A stretch of 31,955 nucleotides of DNA from Octopus sinensis (GCF_006345805.1 NW_021832151.1:1-31955), one strand, 5' to 3'; shown: positions 11,436 through 23,669, counted from the first letter of the stretch. Numbers and translations: made by a program. The notes: generated from the sequence alone by a model not told the origin.

Positions 11436-11813
11436 ATCAAATGATCAAATGCTAATGAATTGACTAATAATAACAACAATAATAAAAGAAGTAACATAAT
11501 CTATGTGCGTGTTTATTATTTGCATGATGACCCAGTCAAGATACAAAATAACTGTGTTTCCATCATTTTAAGCATGTCCAGTACGATTACGAATGAAGAC
11601 AAAATATATGTATATAAATTCTATTTTGATTTTTTTTATAAAAAAGAGAAAAAAAGAGGTGGTGCCCAAAAATTTCATAAATATTTTGGGGAGGCAGGGC
11701 TGGTATTTGTCAGTTCGAATGTATTGGGTTAAATTATTCGCTATTTCAACAAGAATATTACATGATGATAAAAGCGTTAAACTCTTGGAATATTTATTAG
11801 AAAACACGAAGCA

Positions 11814-11827
11814 ACACACACACACAC

Positions 11828-11925
<98 letters not shown>

Positions 11926-11978
11926 CACACACACACACGCACACACACACACACACACACACGCGCACGCACACACAC

Positions 11979-12024
<46 letters not shown>

Positions 12025-12125
12025 GTACACGCAGACACACGCGCGCGCACAATCATATATCTAAATATTTATTTATCTATCTATATACACACACATACAC
12101 ACACGCACGTGCATGCGTACACACT
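11814..12125. repeat. (CA)n microsatellite with CG interruptions
   Basis: Direct reading of the sequence. Confidence 0.95.
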
Positions 12126-12329
12126 CGTACACGTACATATATAATTATTGTTTGTTATACGTGAAGTTACATACAAACAAGTTAAGATCAAAATAAAGAA
12201 TTACGCCATACATTTTCTAGAGTACATGTGTATTAAGCTTTTTCAAGAAGAGAAATTACAGAAATTTCGAAAGTCACTGCCGTCCATCTTGCAAAAGTTC
12301 AATACACACACACACACACACGCATATAT

Positions 12330-12585
12330 AACGCCATGTTGGATCGTTAGCTCCTACACGCAATTTTTTTTCTCTCCTTGTTTCTTTTCTGTGTATCTTT
12401 CGGTCGAAGAGCGTAGGCTCGAAACGTAAAAGACTTGTTTTATTTCTATTCCTGAGCGCCATACTAATACAATTGTTTGTTTGTACTCCACCTGCCTTCG
12501 TCTTTTGTTCATTTTCGTAAACCTGCCTTCGTCTTTTGTTTATTTTCATAAACCTTCCCGTTATATATATATATATAGTTTCTTT
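12330..12585 (+). mobile_element. Penelope-pLTR/retrozyme-like repeat with hammerhead-shaped motif (12396-12433) and a 31-bp internal tandem duplication
   Basis: TCTTT-cggtcga-A-GAGC-gtag-GCTC-GAA-ACGT-A-AAAGA. Homologous to 7470-7625; flanked by (CA)/(TA) tracts. Confidence 0.6.
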
Positions 12586-12589
12586 GTAT

Positions 12590-12742
12590 GTTCAGTTATA
12601 CTGGTTTCAAATTTCGGAACAAGGCCATCAATTTCGAAGAGGAGCTAAGTCGATTCTATCGACCCCGAAGAATAGTATCGACAAGAATAGTATCAACAAG
12701 AATAGTATCGACAGTGACTTCGAAGTTTCAGCCAGTTAATCC
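12590..12742 (-). mobile_element. SINE family B fragment with an internal 15-bp repeat x3
   Basis: aagaatagtatc(g/a)ac three times inside family B sequence. Confidence 0.7.
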
Positions 12743-12766
12743 GTCATCATCATATGTTTGTATGTG

Positions 12767-12798
<32 letters not shown>

Positions 12799-12812
12799 TG
12801 TATGTATGTATG

Positions 12813-13360
12813 CACTCTCCTACTTACATCTCTCCTGACACATGGGAAGGCATAGCTATTGATCGTAGCAGGTGGAGAGGGATTGTGCACGAGGGGACAG
12901 CCACTTTTGAGAAATCTCGAGTTGCACATGTGAAAGTAAGGAGAGATGTCAGGAAAGGCATCGTTGTTACACTTCCAGATGGGAAGAGTCTTCTTGTGAT
13001 GCTGACATGCAGTGTCTGTGCAAGACCCTGCCTCAGTAAAGCTGGACTCAAGAGCCATCTTCGTAGTCATAAAGCGAGACAGATGAGTGACAACCTGGCC
13101 ACTGGTGGTGGTGTAACACACCATACTAATCATATCTGTCGGGCATGTGGAAAAGAGTGTAATTCAGCAGGAGGACTTAAACGACAGGTAAAGGTACATG
13201 TAGCCCAGTTACAACTACAGCCGGCTATTACCGGTAAAGGTATTAGTTGCCAATTCTGTACAAGACATTGTAGATATTTAGCTGGGCACATTCGATCACA
13301 GCACCAGTAACAGTTAAGCTTCGTGCAATGGCCATACTCGATAACGAAGGGGCAGCCATT
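12813..13360 (+). mobile_element. 5'-truncated RTE (BovB-like) LINE 3' end encoding C-terminal C2H2-type zinc fingers
   Basis: ISPDTWEGIAIDRSRWRGIVHEGTATFE is the RTE C-terminal signature. It is followed by CSVCARPCLSKAGLKSHLRSH, CRACGKECNSAGGLKRQVKVH and CQFCTRHC...HIRSQH, then a (TATG)n tail. Confidence 0.85.
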
Positions 13361-13597
13361 ATGTATGTATGTATATATGTATGTATGTGTGTGTGTGTAT
13401 GTATGTATGTATGTATGTATGTATGTATGTATGTATGTATGTATGTATGTATGAAATTAATGTTACAACTATCAATAACGACCGTAAATAATGAGTCACT
13501 GAGGACCTTTGCTTTTTAATAACGTCAAATTTAGAAAATAGTACTTTGAAGATAGGAGAGAAAGAGTCAAAATAATATTTTCTAGACTCGACTGTTG

Positions 13598-13623
13598 CTA
13601 TTTGGTAATGTTTTGTTTTTCTA
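13598..13623 (-). other. Weak candidate terminal coding exon (VEKQNITK*)
   Basis: Strong acceptor tcttaatttcttttcttcacag; phase-compatible with 15020-15218. No homology recognised. Confidence 0.15.
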
Positions 13624-13751
13624 CTGTGAAGAAAAGAAATTAAGACAGTAGATGTTCTGAAAATATATTTTATCAACACATTGAAAACAATACGAAGTAA
13701 CATGGCAGACACTGAATTAAATATAATCTTAGTAGCTTGAAGGTGGGGGGA

Positions 13752-13799
<48 letters not shown>

Positions 13800-13990
13800 T
13801 TTTGTATGTATGTGTGTATATCAATTTATAAACTGACACTGACACGGTAGGTGAGACTAGATGGTGTTAGTGTAGCTTATATTAAGAACTAAAATAAACA
13901 ATCTTAAAGTAAAATGAAAAACGGAACTGAATAAATGTAATATATAATTTAGATTCAAATGTAGGATCTAAGTATTTTTCTATACCAAAG

Positions 13991-14033
<43 letters not shown>

Positions 14034-14247
14034 TCAAAAAGTTTTGTTTATTACCAAAGTACATTCTTTTTGGGCTTGACATACATAAAAATGTAGTACT
14101 AACGCCCTTAGCTAATAATTAGTTCTGGAGAAGTGTTATGAAGTGCACATTTATCAATGTTTGGGTGTATTTTAAAAAGACACCCATTGATAGTCTGATA
14201 CGATCGGTGACTGACGAAATGTCAGAGTACATGCGCAGTACACAGTT

Positions 14248-14333
<86 letters not shown>

Positions 14334-15019
14334 GTTCATCCCTATTGCCTACTATACTAACTCGTACATATGTTTTTATTCTAGTGTAATAGTATATATG
14401 TGTGCATTCTTGGTATTTATTTAGGTGTTTCCGTTACAGCGAAATAAGAGCTAGTCCCCTCTAACAGTAACAAGTCTTATTTGTTAGAGGAACGATTGGC
14501 GGTGCAAAAACAAACAAACAAACAAACAAACAAATAAATAGAAATTATTCAGGGTCGGTCGGTTTCTGCGTGAAACATGTATATAGAAAAGAGGGCTTAC
14601 ATAATGTAATGCGAAAAATAGTTTTATACAATTTGTAAACGAGAAGAAATATTCATTAGCATTATAGATTAATTTTGATTAGGAAACATTTGGAGTGTAA
14701 CAGGCCTTTTTTGCTAATAGAAATAAATTTCCACTTTTAACGGATTCAAATGGATGTTTTGGAATTTATTTTATATTCTGCAATGTTCCAACGCAGTAAA
14801 TAAGTTCATGTTTGTTACCGTTTCAGCTAAATCCATAATTTTCTCTAACTTACTTACTACCCCCGAAGAATTTCTTGAATAACTTTATGCACTGATAATT
14901 ACGTATATGCATAAAGGCGTGTATAATCAGGGTTAAGAAACTACATATGTTGTCTACTAGTTCGCTTTGAATTTACTACTTTCCATCAACGCAACTTTAG
15001 AAGAGACAAACATTTATAC

Positions 15020-15218
15020 CTGCAGCATGCATGCGTTCTGTTCCTGTTCCACAGAGTGATATATCAGATTTCAGGTATATTGTTTGTATTGGAATACCCC
15101 ACTGATACTCTTCATTTCTAAATATGTCCATGGTGCCTTTGCTATTTGTGTCATTGACATAAAAGTTGTGGAATGAGCTGATAACGGAGTCATTGTTAGA
15201 ATAAACAAAAGTACAAGG
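15020..15218 (-). other. Candidate coding exon, 199 nt
   Basis: Open 66 codons (PCTFVYSNNDS...SLCGTGTERMHAA) from a weak TAG acceptor to a CAG|gtataa donor in non-repetitive sequence. Product not recognised. Confidence 0.3.
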
Positions 15219-15641
15219 CTACCATCTTGAAATATTTCGGTGGAATTCTATTCTGTTTATTAATCGATGTAATAACATTTACTATCTTCCTTTCTTTTTA
15301 TTTTATCTATTTATCTTTTCCTAGTAACAGAGCAGTTGAATGAAATTTAGTTCGGCTTCAAGAGCTTTCACTATCAGTAAATTACGTTGATTCTGGTAGT
15401 TTTCAGTGAAAATATTAACTCAAATATCTTCCTGGAGACTAGATTCTGTTTCCGTTCGCGCTTTGGTCCTTATCCTTCGTGAAACTTATTTAAGAGTGAC
15501 TAAACACACGTGACCGATATGACTGCGTATATATATATATATATAATAACAAAGGGTGAAGTTAATTAATTAAGAAGTAATCAGTAATTTCACCAAGTAG
15601 AATTCGGCATGAAAAGGACCATTTCATGGTAAGCTTAAGTA

Positions 15642-15683
15642 ATACTTTATAATTAGGGTTGCTGAACCCTAATTATAAAGTAT
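15642..15683. repeat. Perfect 19-bp palindromic hairpin with 4-nt loop
   Basis: atactttataattagggtt-gctg-aaccctaattataaagtat. Confidence 0.9.
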
Positions 15684-15690
15684 ATAATAT

Positions 15691-15732
<42 letters not shown>

Positions 15733-16092
15733 TACATATATATATAATATATATATATATACATATATATATACATATATGCATACATATACACACACAC
15801 ACACACACACACACCACACACACACAACACACACACACACACACACACACACACCACACACACACACACACAACACACATATATATATATATACAGGAAT
15901 AAACTTATTTGTATTGTTTATATTAAAGTTCCTGCACGCACGCTTCACCATTATAGTGAAACAGATGTTCCAAATATATATAAATGGTGGGCCATAACGG
16001 ACCCTCAAGGAACACTATATTGTGTCAGGTTACAGACATCTATAAACATATATCATTTATATGCATGTGTGTGTGTGTATGTATGTGTGTGT

Positions 16093-16137
<45 letters not shown>

Positions 16138-16559
16138 CACTACAGATGCTATATCTGTCTCTCTAGTAATTACTTTAGCTCACAACCTTATACCATTACG
16201 TCAAAGATGTTTATCTAGCCAGACGTATTTCTTAACATTTTTTAAAAAAAAGCATTCATTCATAATCGTTCGGTATCTCGGGAAGAAAATGTAAGCAAAT
16301 CCCGATGAGTTATTTTTAATTAATAAGGAAACCATTTTGATTCGATCGTCATACCAATCTGCTAAAAGGGGGACCTCATACGGCCTTACTTTCACAGCGC
16401 CACTAACTAGATACGCTTAAGATTCCGTTTATTCATTTTAGTTAATTTATTTAATATTCATGCTTCTCATGATATAATCTCTTGTGCCTATGTAAGCATT
16501 CTAAGTCTTGTTCTGCAGATTGCTTTAGATTAAAAATCTAATTGCTTTAGATTAAAAAT

Positions 16560-16599
16560 GTTTCTTCTTCTTCTTCTCTTCTTCTTCTTCTTCTTCTTC

Positions 16600-16658
<59 letters not shown>

Positions 16659-16667
16659 ATATTATTA

Positions 16668-16720
<53 letters not shown>

Positions 16721-16795
16721 TATTATTATTGTTGTTGTTGTTGTTATTGTTATTATTGTTATTATTATTATTATTATTGAGAGAGAGAGAGAGAG
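16560..16795. repeat. (TTC)n-(TTA)n-(TTG)n-(GA)n compound microsatellite
   Basis: Direct reading of the sequence. Confidence 0.95.
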
Positions 16796-17186
16796 CAGTG
16801 CATGCCATCAAAGTGACACTGCGGTAAAATATACGAAGCCCAGTATACCCATCATGACTACCCGTTTGATAAGGGTACACCAGGCACATGCATCACAACC
16901 ATATGTGCGCGACATGGTGAGCTCATATCAAGATAAACAGCGCATGACCTTGCAGGTGGGGCCCAGTTAGAATTTTCTTTTGGTCGAGTAGCCCATCCCG
17001 CACAAAAGGTCCCTGAATAAGGATTGTTTAAGGATGTTGAACGAACCACCCATGTTTCCAAAGGTGAATTATCCAAACCTCTAAGAATTCCTTTCAACAC
17101 ACGTCTATGATGCTCCCCCACTATTTCTGCTCATGAACAGAGATGCACATATAGTCAGCCACTAAGGGACATGCTCAACTAGTTAA
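16781..17186 (-). mobile_element. Unclassified ~400-bp putative retroposon ending in the (AAT)n/(AAC)n tract
   Basis: GC-richer block sharply bounded by a simple-repeat tail on one side and a SINE on the other. Single copy in this window, so repeat status is inferred. Confidence 0.45.
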
Positions 17187-17828
17187 GGCCGAACTGGCAG
17201 AATCGTTAGCACGCCGAACAAATTGCTTAGCGGTATTTCGTCCGTCTTTACGCTTTTTTTTTCAGGTCAAATTCTGCCGATGTCGACTTTGCCTTTCATC
17301 CTTACGGAAGTCGATAAAATGAGCACCGGGCGAGTGCTGGGGTCGATGTAATCAATTTATTCACTCCTTCAAAATTTCAGGCCTTGTGCCTTTAGTAGAA
17401 AGGATTATTATTATAATTATTTAGGGCAGCGAAGTGGCAGAGCCATTGGCACGCCGGATAAAGTACTTAGCAGCATTTCGTCCATCTTTAGATTCTGAGT
17501 TCAAATTCCGCTTTGGTCGACTTTGCTTTTCATTTTTTCGGGGACTACCCACCCGACCAAATTTCAGGCCTTGTGTCTATAGCAGAAAGAATTATCATCA
17601 TTTTTACGGCTGCGAGCTAGCAGAATTGTTAGCACGCCGAGCAAAATACTTAGCGGCATTTCGTCCGTCTTTACATTCTGAGTTCAAATTCCGCCGAGGT
17701 CGACTTTGCTTTTCATCCTTTCAGGGTCCGATGAAGTAAGTACCAGTTAGGGGGTCGATGTAATTGACTAGTCTCCTTCCCCACAATTTCAGGTCTTGTG
17801 TCTATAGTAGAAAGGATCATTATTATTT
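17187..17828 (+). mobile_element. Three head-to-tail SINE family B copies (about 17187-17415, 17424-17600, 17608-17828)
   Basis: Each starts gcga(a/g)(c/g)t(g/a)gcaga-like and ends aatttcaggYcttgtg..t.tag.agaaag.at(tat/cat)n. Confidence 0.85.
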
Positions 17829-18368
17829 TCTCTTAATCACAGGTTTTGTTGGAGCTCCTGGCATCTTACATGCGTAGTGAGCTTACTACCTGCAGCATGC
17901 GGCACCATGATATTCGGGGGGGGGGGGTTCCAGCTATGTAATACTTGCCTGATTATTCTGGCTTTGCCAAGAAAACAAACCTTTTGTAATAGTTCTACTG
18001 GGCACTCTATTCCAATTTCCTTTATATTCCTCTTGATGCCTTCTAATACTGTTTCCAAGGACCCTGTAATAACTGGCACTATCTTCACCTTCTTCATTTT
18101 CCACAGCCGGGCTATTTCGTTCTTAGGAGGGTTGCATATTCCTTCTTTACCATTCGTGGGTCAAAGGGGTATACAACATCAACTATATGGTATATGTGGT
18201 GCACCTTGTCCACCACCACCACAAGGTCCGGTCTGTTATGTTCTAGCACCTTATCTGTTTGGATTGGGAAATCTCATAGGATTTTGCTACTCTCCGACTC
18301 CGCCAATCTCTGCGGTTTGTGCTCATACCACGTCTTGCCTCTCTCTAGCCCTCACCCACTTTTCGCAG
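17818..18368 (-). mobile_element. 5'-truncated R4/Dong-like LINE 3' end (RLE domain), younger copy
   Basis: TWYEHKP...KIL*DFPIQTDKVLEHNRPDLVVV...IVDVVYPFD...EIARLWKMKKVKIVPVITGSL...LLQKVCFLGKARIIRQVL, with a short (TAA)-type tail. Confidence 0.85.
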
Positions 18369-19560
18369 TTTTCTCAATTTCCTTGAAATCCATTCTAGCA
18401 TCATATAACGTTTGACATTACAAAGACAATGATTGAACAGGATACCTTCTTTATACTTTCCGATCATATCTGGTCTTCTTACTGCATTTATACGATCAGT
18501 CTCTATAGAGAAATCCTATAAAATCCCGTAATCATCATTCACTACCATACCCACTGGTTCATCTTTACACCACTAATCTGTATCTTCAAATCCACACACT
18601 TAGGTAACATCCCAATGCTCTCTTTTACCGACACGGTCATAATTGCGTTTATACTCATTTTGTGCTAGCTTACTGTTCTTGTCTGAAAGGCAGTTAATAC
18701 TTCCCTCTCTATCTCACATATTCTGTATTTGCTGCCTGACTGATTTTTACCACTTAGTCTTTATCAAATTCGTTCTGCTCCTTCCTTCCTGGGGAGCTGT
18801 AATTAATGATTCAGTTTTTCTTTTTAGATTTCCATCCCTCGGCGTTCTTCACGTCCAGCTTTTTCAGCTAATCGCATAGATTAGCCTTTAATTCTTTTTC
18901 TTTCCAGCTATTTGCCACTCTTGAAATCTTTCCATTTCTGTATTGCTTTAATATTTCCACACATAGATAACATTCTTTCCACATTACATATCAAGTATAG
19001 TTTTCAAACTAATAATCATGCCCTTTAGCATATTTAAAATGACTTTGCCTCTTTATTGATAGACAGAGCCTGTTGATATTATTTTAGATGTGCGTTATAC
19101 ATTATGAGCAGCTTCTTCGTCCTAGCCAATTCATGTAGTTCTATCTTTTCCACTATGGCCTAAGTGTTGTCTGTTTTGATGAATTACTCTCCATTTAGTT
19201 TTATTTTGATCATCCTCTTAAATTTTGTCTTTAGAGAGTTTATCTCATTTCTCTTTCCATTATTTTATTATGCTGCTGCTCCCTAGGTAATTGCATTCCT
19301 TATTCTCTTTCCGTGATCATAAGATATCATTTTATTAAATATTTATACAGTCGGATTTAACCTTTCTACTTTCCTGAATTAACACTGACTATTTACCTCC
19401 CCAAGTCTCCATATCATTATCTTTACTAAATATCCTTAATTTTTTTAAACAAGAGCCAAGATCTTTTTTTTTTTTTCCTGTTTGGTGTAAATTTTGAAGT
19501 TATCCATATATAGCAAACGATCTATTTTCTCTCACTTTTGATAAACTCATAAACAGGTCT
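18369..19560 (-). mobile_element. Older, more degenerate R4/Dong-like LINE (RT thumb, CCHC region, start of RLE)
   Basis: KLNGE.FIK, RTKKLLIMYNAH, GNLKRKTESLITAPQE, SKLAQNEYKRNYDRV, IL*DFSIETDR...RRPDMI and YDARMDFKEIEK in collinear order across frameshifts. Confidence 0.75.
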
Positions 19561-19764
19561 GGAACTTTTTACTATGTTAGTCAAAGGAATCAATGCAATT
19601 ATGCAGTGAAAGGGAGACAGCAAACCTTAGCAAAGTATTTCCTCCCGGATTTTTACATTTTCTAGGGATTCCCTTCCTCACTTTAGTTCTATTTCCTATG
19701 ATCTCATTAGATTTCCCGAAAAACTACTAATAGTCTCACAGACCCAAAGTTTTCTCTTGGATTG

Positions 19765-19960
19765 GCAGAATCGTTGGAGCGATGGACATAATGCTTTTTG
19801 ATATTTGTTCCGATTCTTTATGTTCTGAGTTCAAATCCCACCAAAGTTAATTTTGCCTTTATCCCTCTGGGGTTGATAAAATGAAATATCACACTAGTAC
19901 TAGGATCGATCGTATCAATGAATCCTCTCCTCTCAAAACTGTTAACTTCTGATCTTTCCT
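19765..19960 (+). mobile_element. SINE family B
   Basis: ggcagaatcgtt...ttctgagttcaaatccc... homology. Confidence 0.75.
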
Positions 19961-20279
19961 GGCAAATGGAACATAGACGGAGCACGTTCCACTAGTCAAG
20001 TTATCCATCTGCTGCCAGCGTGCTCTGCATGGTGGGCTCGACACGCAGTGGCTGCTGATGCACAAACACACACTGAGGCCGCGCCATCTGCAGGGATTCT
20101 TAGACGGTGTTCAGGTGTGGTCTTCTCTTCTAAGACACCTATTTCCAGAGCTCGTCTCTCTAGTGGTATTGCACTCTTGAGTCAACAAAAAAAAACAAGA
20201 TTGATTGTTTAGCATCTGGAAAGCTGTCAAGCACACACTGCCCTCTACTAATCTATGATCAGTGGCAGTTCCACGCAAC

Positions 20280-20810
20280 CAATATACAGCGGACTACTGA
20301 TAAGTAAGAGCGATGGCGTCATCAGTGAAATTCTATATATCTACGAGGATCAGCTGGCGGATTTGTTCCAAAAGACTCTTGGTCCGGGGAAAATTGTGAA
20401 TAACTTCCAGAAATTTTTAGCCTGGAAGTAATATCTAAGATCACTATGCTCACAGTTACAAAGTGACCAACTCTACAGGTATGAAAGTACTGTCAGATGG
20501 GGGCATCGAAGCCGTTCTGCCCGCGTTCGTGCAGTGTCCAAGATCGATAACTTGTAGAATTCTGTCCAACAGCCCTTTTGCATGGAGGACGGATAAAACT
20601 ATTGATGAGTCCATCGTTAAGATCGCCTCCATATGTCCACCATTAATAGTGCTAGGCGGGAAGTGTTTTCTCTGTCTAACGACAATAGTGAAAAGGATGT
20701 GCAATGGATTTGACTAAAAGGATCGACGACAGACACTATCCTCTTCGATCAATCCCTCATCGACACTTTTTAAGCTCCATTTGGAAAGGAAAGTGAGGGC
20801 GGAGAGGGAA
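20280..20810 (+). mobile_element. Very degenerate LINE reverse transcriptase N-terminal fragment
   Basis: DGVISEIL...LADLFQK, then NSTGMKVL and DLTKRID in the order expected for PG.DG / NYR.I.LL / D..KAFD. Clade uncertain. Confidence 0.4.
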
Positions 20811-21244
20811 GTGCTTCCCCTAACGAATTAATGAAAAGGTGGATGACTGCAGCAAAAATAAGATATTTTTTAAAATTTTATCTAGTTTCAGCTCATGAGC
20901 TGTGGCCATGCTGGGGCAGTTCCTTATATATTGAAGAACAACAATTGGGCAAGGGTGATCCTGCATCTTTAGTGTTCCTTGATTAGCCTTAGCTGAAATT
21001 TCTCTTGCATCAGGACTGCATCATACATGCGTCCACATATTATATTTACTATGTATACTTTTATCCCACCTCTTCTCCTTTTCTTCCCCTCATCTTTTAT
21101 AGAAATCCCCTCTCTAATTGTAAACTGTACTTGTAATGTCCCCCTCATTTGATGCCCCTAAAGTAAATAAAAAGATCCCAACCATTATTGTTACTATTAT
21201 GATTATTGCTTATTTTATTTATTTATTGTAATAGTTCTTCCGTT

Positions 21245-21560
21245 CTTCGTTAGCACACCAGGCAAAATGTTTACCGGCATTTCGTTTTGCCTTTCATTCT
21301 TTTGGAGTATATAAAATAAGTACCAGTTGAGCATTGGGATCGATGTAATCGACTTACTCCTACTCCGAACTTGCTGGCTTTGTGCCAAAATTTGAAATCA
21401 ATGTTTCTCCTGTACTTCTGAATTTTTTCTTAGTCACAGGTAAAAGTTCAGTACATATTCTATCGGTCTTTTTGTCGAACCACTTGACCAAGGTGCCCAC
21501 GCAGTAGGACTGAACCCGAACCAAGCTGTGGTAAGGCAAGTTTCTTAGCCACACAAATAT
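21245..21560. mobile_element. SINE B fragment (+, 21245-21400) and SINE A head fragment (-, 21425-21560)
   Basis: Homology to other copies in the window. Confidence 0.7.
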
Positions 21561-22301
21561 ATCTACGCCTATATAAATTTATTTTATATGAAATGAAATA
21601 CTAAAACAAAAGACTATTATATTGGATTGTAGTAAATCCTCTACCCTTGTAACAGTTGGACAACATTGCGTATTACACATGATAGAGTGATTTATTTAAG
21701 ACAATTTATGGCGCCGATTCGAGATGCATACTGCTCGTGATAGCGTAGTATTATGCACGATGTTTTTACGATAATTTTATTGATTTGATTTCGGCGACAG
21801 AGATCAAGACAAATTTCCTTGAACTCCAGTTTTCTTTTCTTTTTCTCCTTAATTTCATATGTTTGACTATTTGCAATTCCAAGTTTTTGTCTGTTGTTTT
21901 TAATAGGTGATTAACCCAGTTATTTTTCCCAAAGGGACAGGGTAATGGCTATAACGATGATGAATCAAAATAGTCACAGAATCACATCGCTGGAAGCTTA
22001 CCTCTAATCTACAGACCTTACCGCCGTTGATTTTTATAAAGCTTTTAATCTACTCAGGAACACTTTACAATACTCTTCTCTTAATTCTGCTCAGCTCTAC
22101 CAAATGCATATATCTATATTCGGTCTAGTTTATGTTTTCTAACAAGCCTGTTGCCCACCAATTCTTAATATTAGCTTTATATCCAGGCTATAGTGACTAT
22201 TTAAGTGAGCTAGCAAAGTCGGCTAATAGGTTTTTGTTCCGCAATTTGTTTATAAGAAAAAACGTATTTTTTCCTTTCATGCTTTTACCAATTCCTTTCA
22301 G

Positions 22302-22371
22302 CCTCTGCACTACCATCGCTGCAACCGCACCACTATCGCTTTCATCATTATTTCTTTAAGCAAAGAAGGAG
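22302..22371 (+). other. Candidate 70-nt exon
   Basis: Long polypyrimidine tract ...ttttaccaattcctttcag| and GAG|gtgagt donor; open in two frames. Product not recognised. Confidence 0.3.
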
Positions 22372-22781
22372 GTGAGTTCCTGTACACACATACAGACAAG
22401 TTTTAAAATTTCGTTCCTACTTATAAACAAAAACTAAAACAAACAACATTATATATGTTAATACCTTATGTTCTAAATCATCAACCCGAGGCTGAAACTC
22501 TTCAAGAGACCCAGGAATGCCACAAGTTAGTCGTATCTTATAAATTAAAAACAAGTTAAAATATTTTCCTTCTTGATAAAGCGATATTTATGGCAATTAC
22601 TCATATTTTAGCAACTAATAAACAAATTTACACTAAATTTAGCTTGGGTGGGTGCATTTATATTAGTAACAGTATAAACTAAATTCATCATAATTTACCA
22701 AGTGTTTCCGCTTTTTAAGCAAACCTGAAAAATTAAGCTAAAAAGTTAAAATATAAAATTTTTAAAAAAAAATTAATAAAT

Positions 22782-22937
22782 AGGCTTGGATTTGTGGTTA
22801 AGAGATCTGCTTTTTAACCGCATGATTTGGGGTTCAATCTACCCGCGGTACCTTGGATAAGTACTTTCTATTACAGCCTCGGGCTAAGCAATGCCTTGTT
22901 AGTGAATTTGGAAGATGGAAACTGTATGGAAGCCATC

Positions 22938-22972
<35 letters not shown>

Positions 22973-23260
22973 CGTGTGTGTGTGTGTGTGTGTTCTTGTG
23001 TGTGTGTGTGTATGTGTGTGTTCTTGTGTGTGTGTGTGTGTGTGTGTGTGTACGTGTGTGTTTATCCCACGCTACCGCTTGACAACTACTGATGTTTTGT
23101 TTACGTCCTCGTAATACGATTCGGCAAAAAATATCGATAGAATATGTACCTGATTTTCAAAAATCTGTTTCTGCCTGGGATCGATCTATTGTACTAAAAA
23201 AAGAAAAAATATATCAAGGCATGGCTGCTGTCCAATGACTGAAATAAGCAAAGGATTAAA
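22782..23260 (+). mobile_element. SINE family A with (TG)n insert
   Basis: Homology to 3676-4077. Confidence 0.85.
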
Positions 23261-23634
23261 AGACAAATACAAAACAAAAGAAAGAAAGAAAAGAAAAATA
23301 AGAATCATTGCTAGACATGAGACATCGTGGAAGCTAATGCTGAGCTGGTCCAGAAAACATTGGTTCAATTCTTACCTAGAAAAATATAATTTAAAAATGG
23401 TGATGCTGCTCGAAACTTTAAAATTCTCTAGGCAAGCATGGTAATGTCATTAAGAATTTCGCTCCCCGACCACTTCATTTCGGGTTCGTTCAGTTTGCGC
23501 AGCAGTGATCATCTCCCATAAACTTGAGCAGATGAATGCTTTCCGAGTGAAATTTGTTCGAGGGAAAGAGGGCTGAAAACCGATTTGTGTGCTTGTGTCT
23601 GCCCACGCGCACGTGTGTATGTGTGTGTCTGTGC

Positions 23635-23669
<35 letters not shown>

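Noticed and set aside
12588-12812. N-terminal third of the 240-aa ORF
   Set aside because: It is the antisense read-through of a SINE B fragment plus (TATG)n; only 12813-13310 is genuine (RTE) coding sequence, so this is not a host zinc-finger gene.
15650-15675. Interstitial telomeric repeat
   Set aside because: Only a single TTAGGG per arm; not an array.
21692-21910. 72-codon ATG-less minus-strand open frame; also 27250-27470 and the acceptor at 3130
   Set aside because: No recognisable domain and no paired strong splice sites; compatible with chance.
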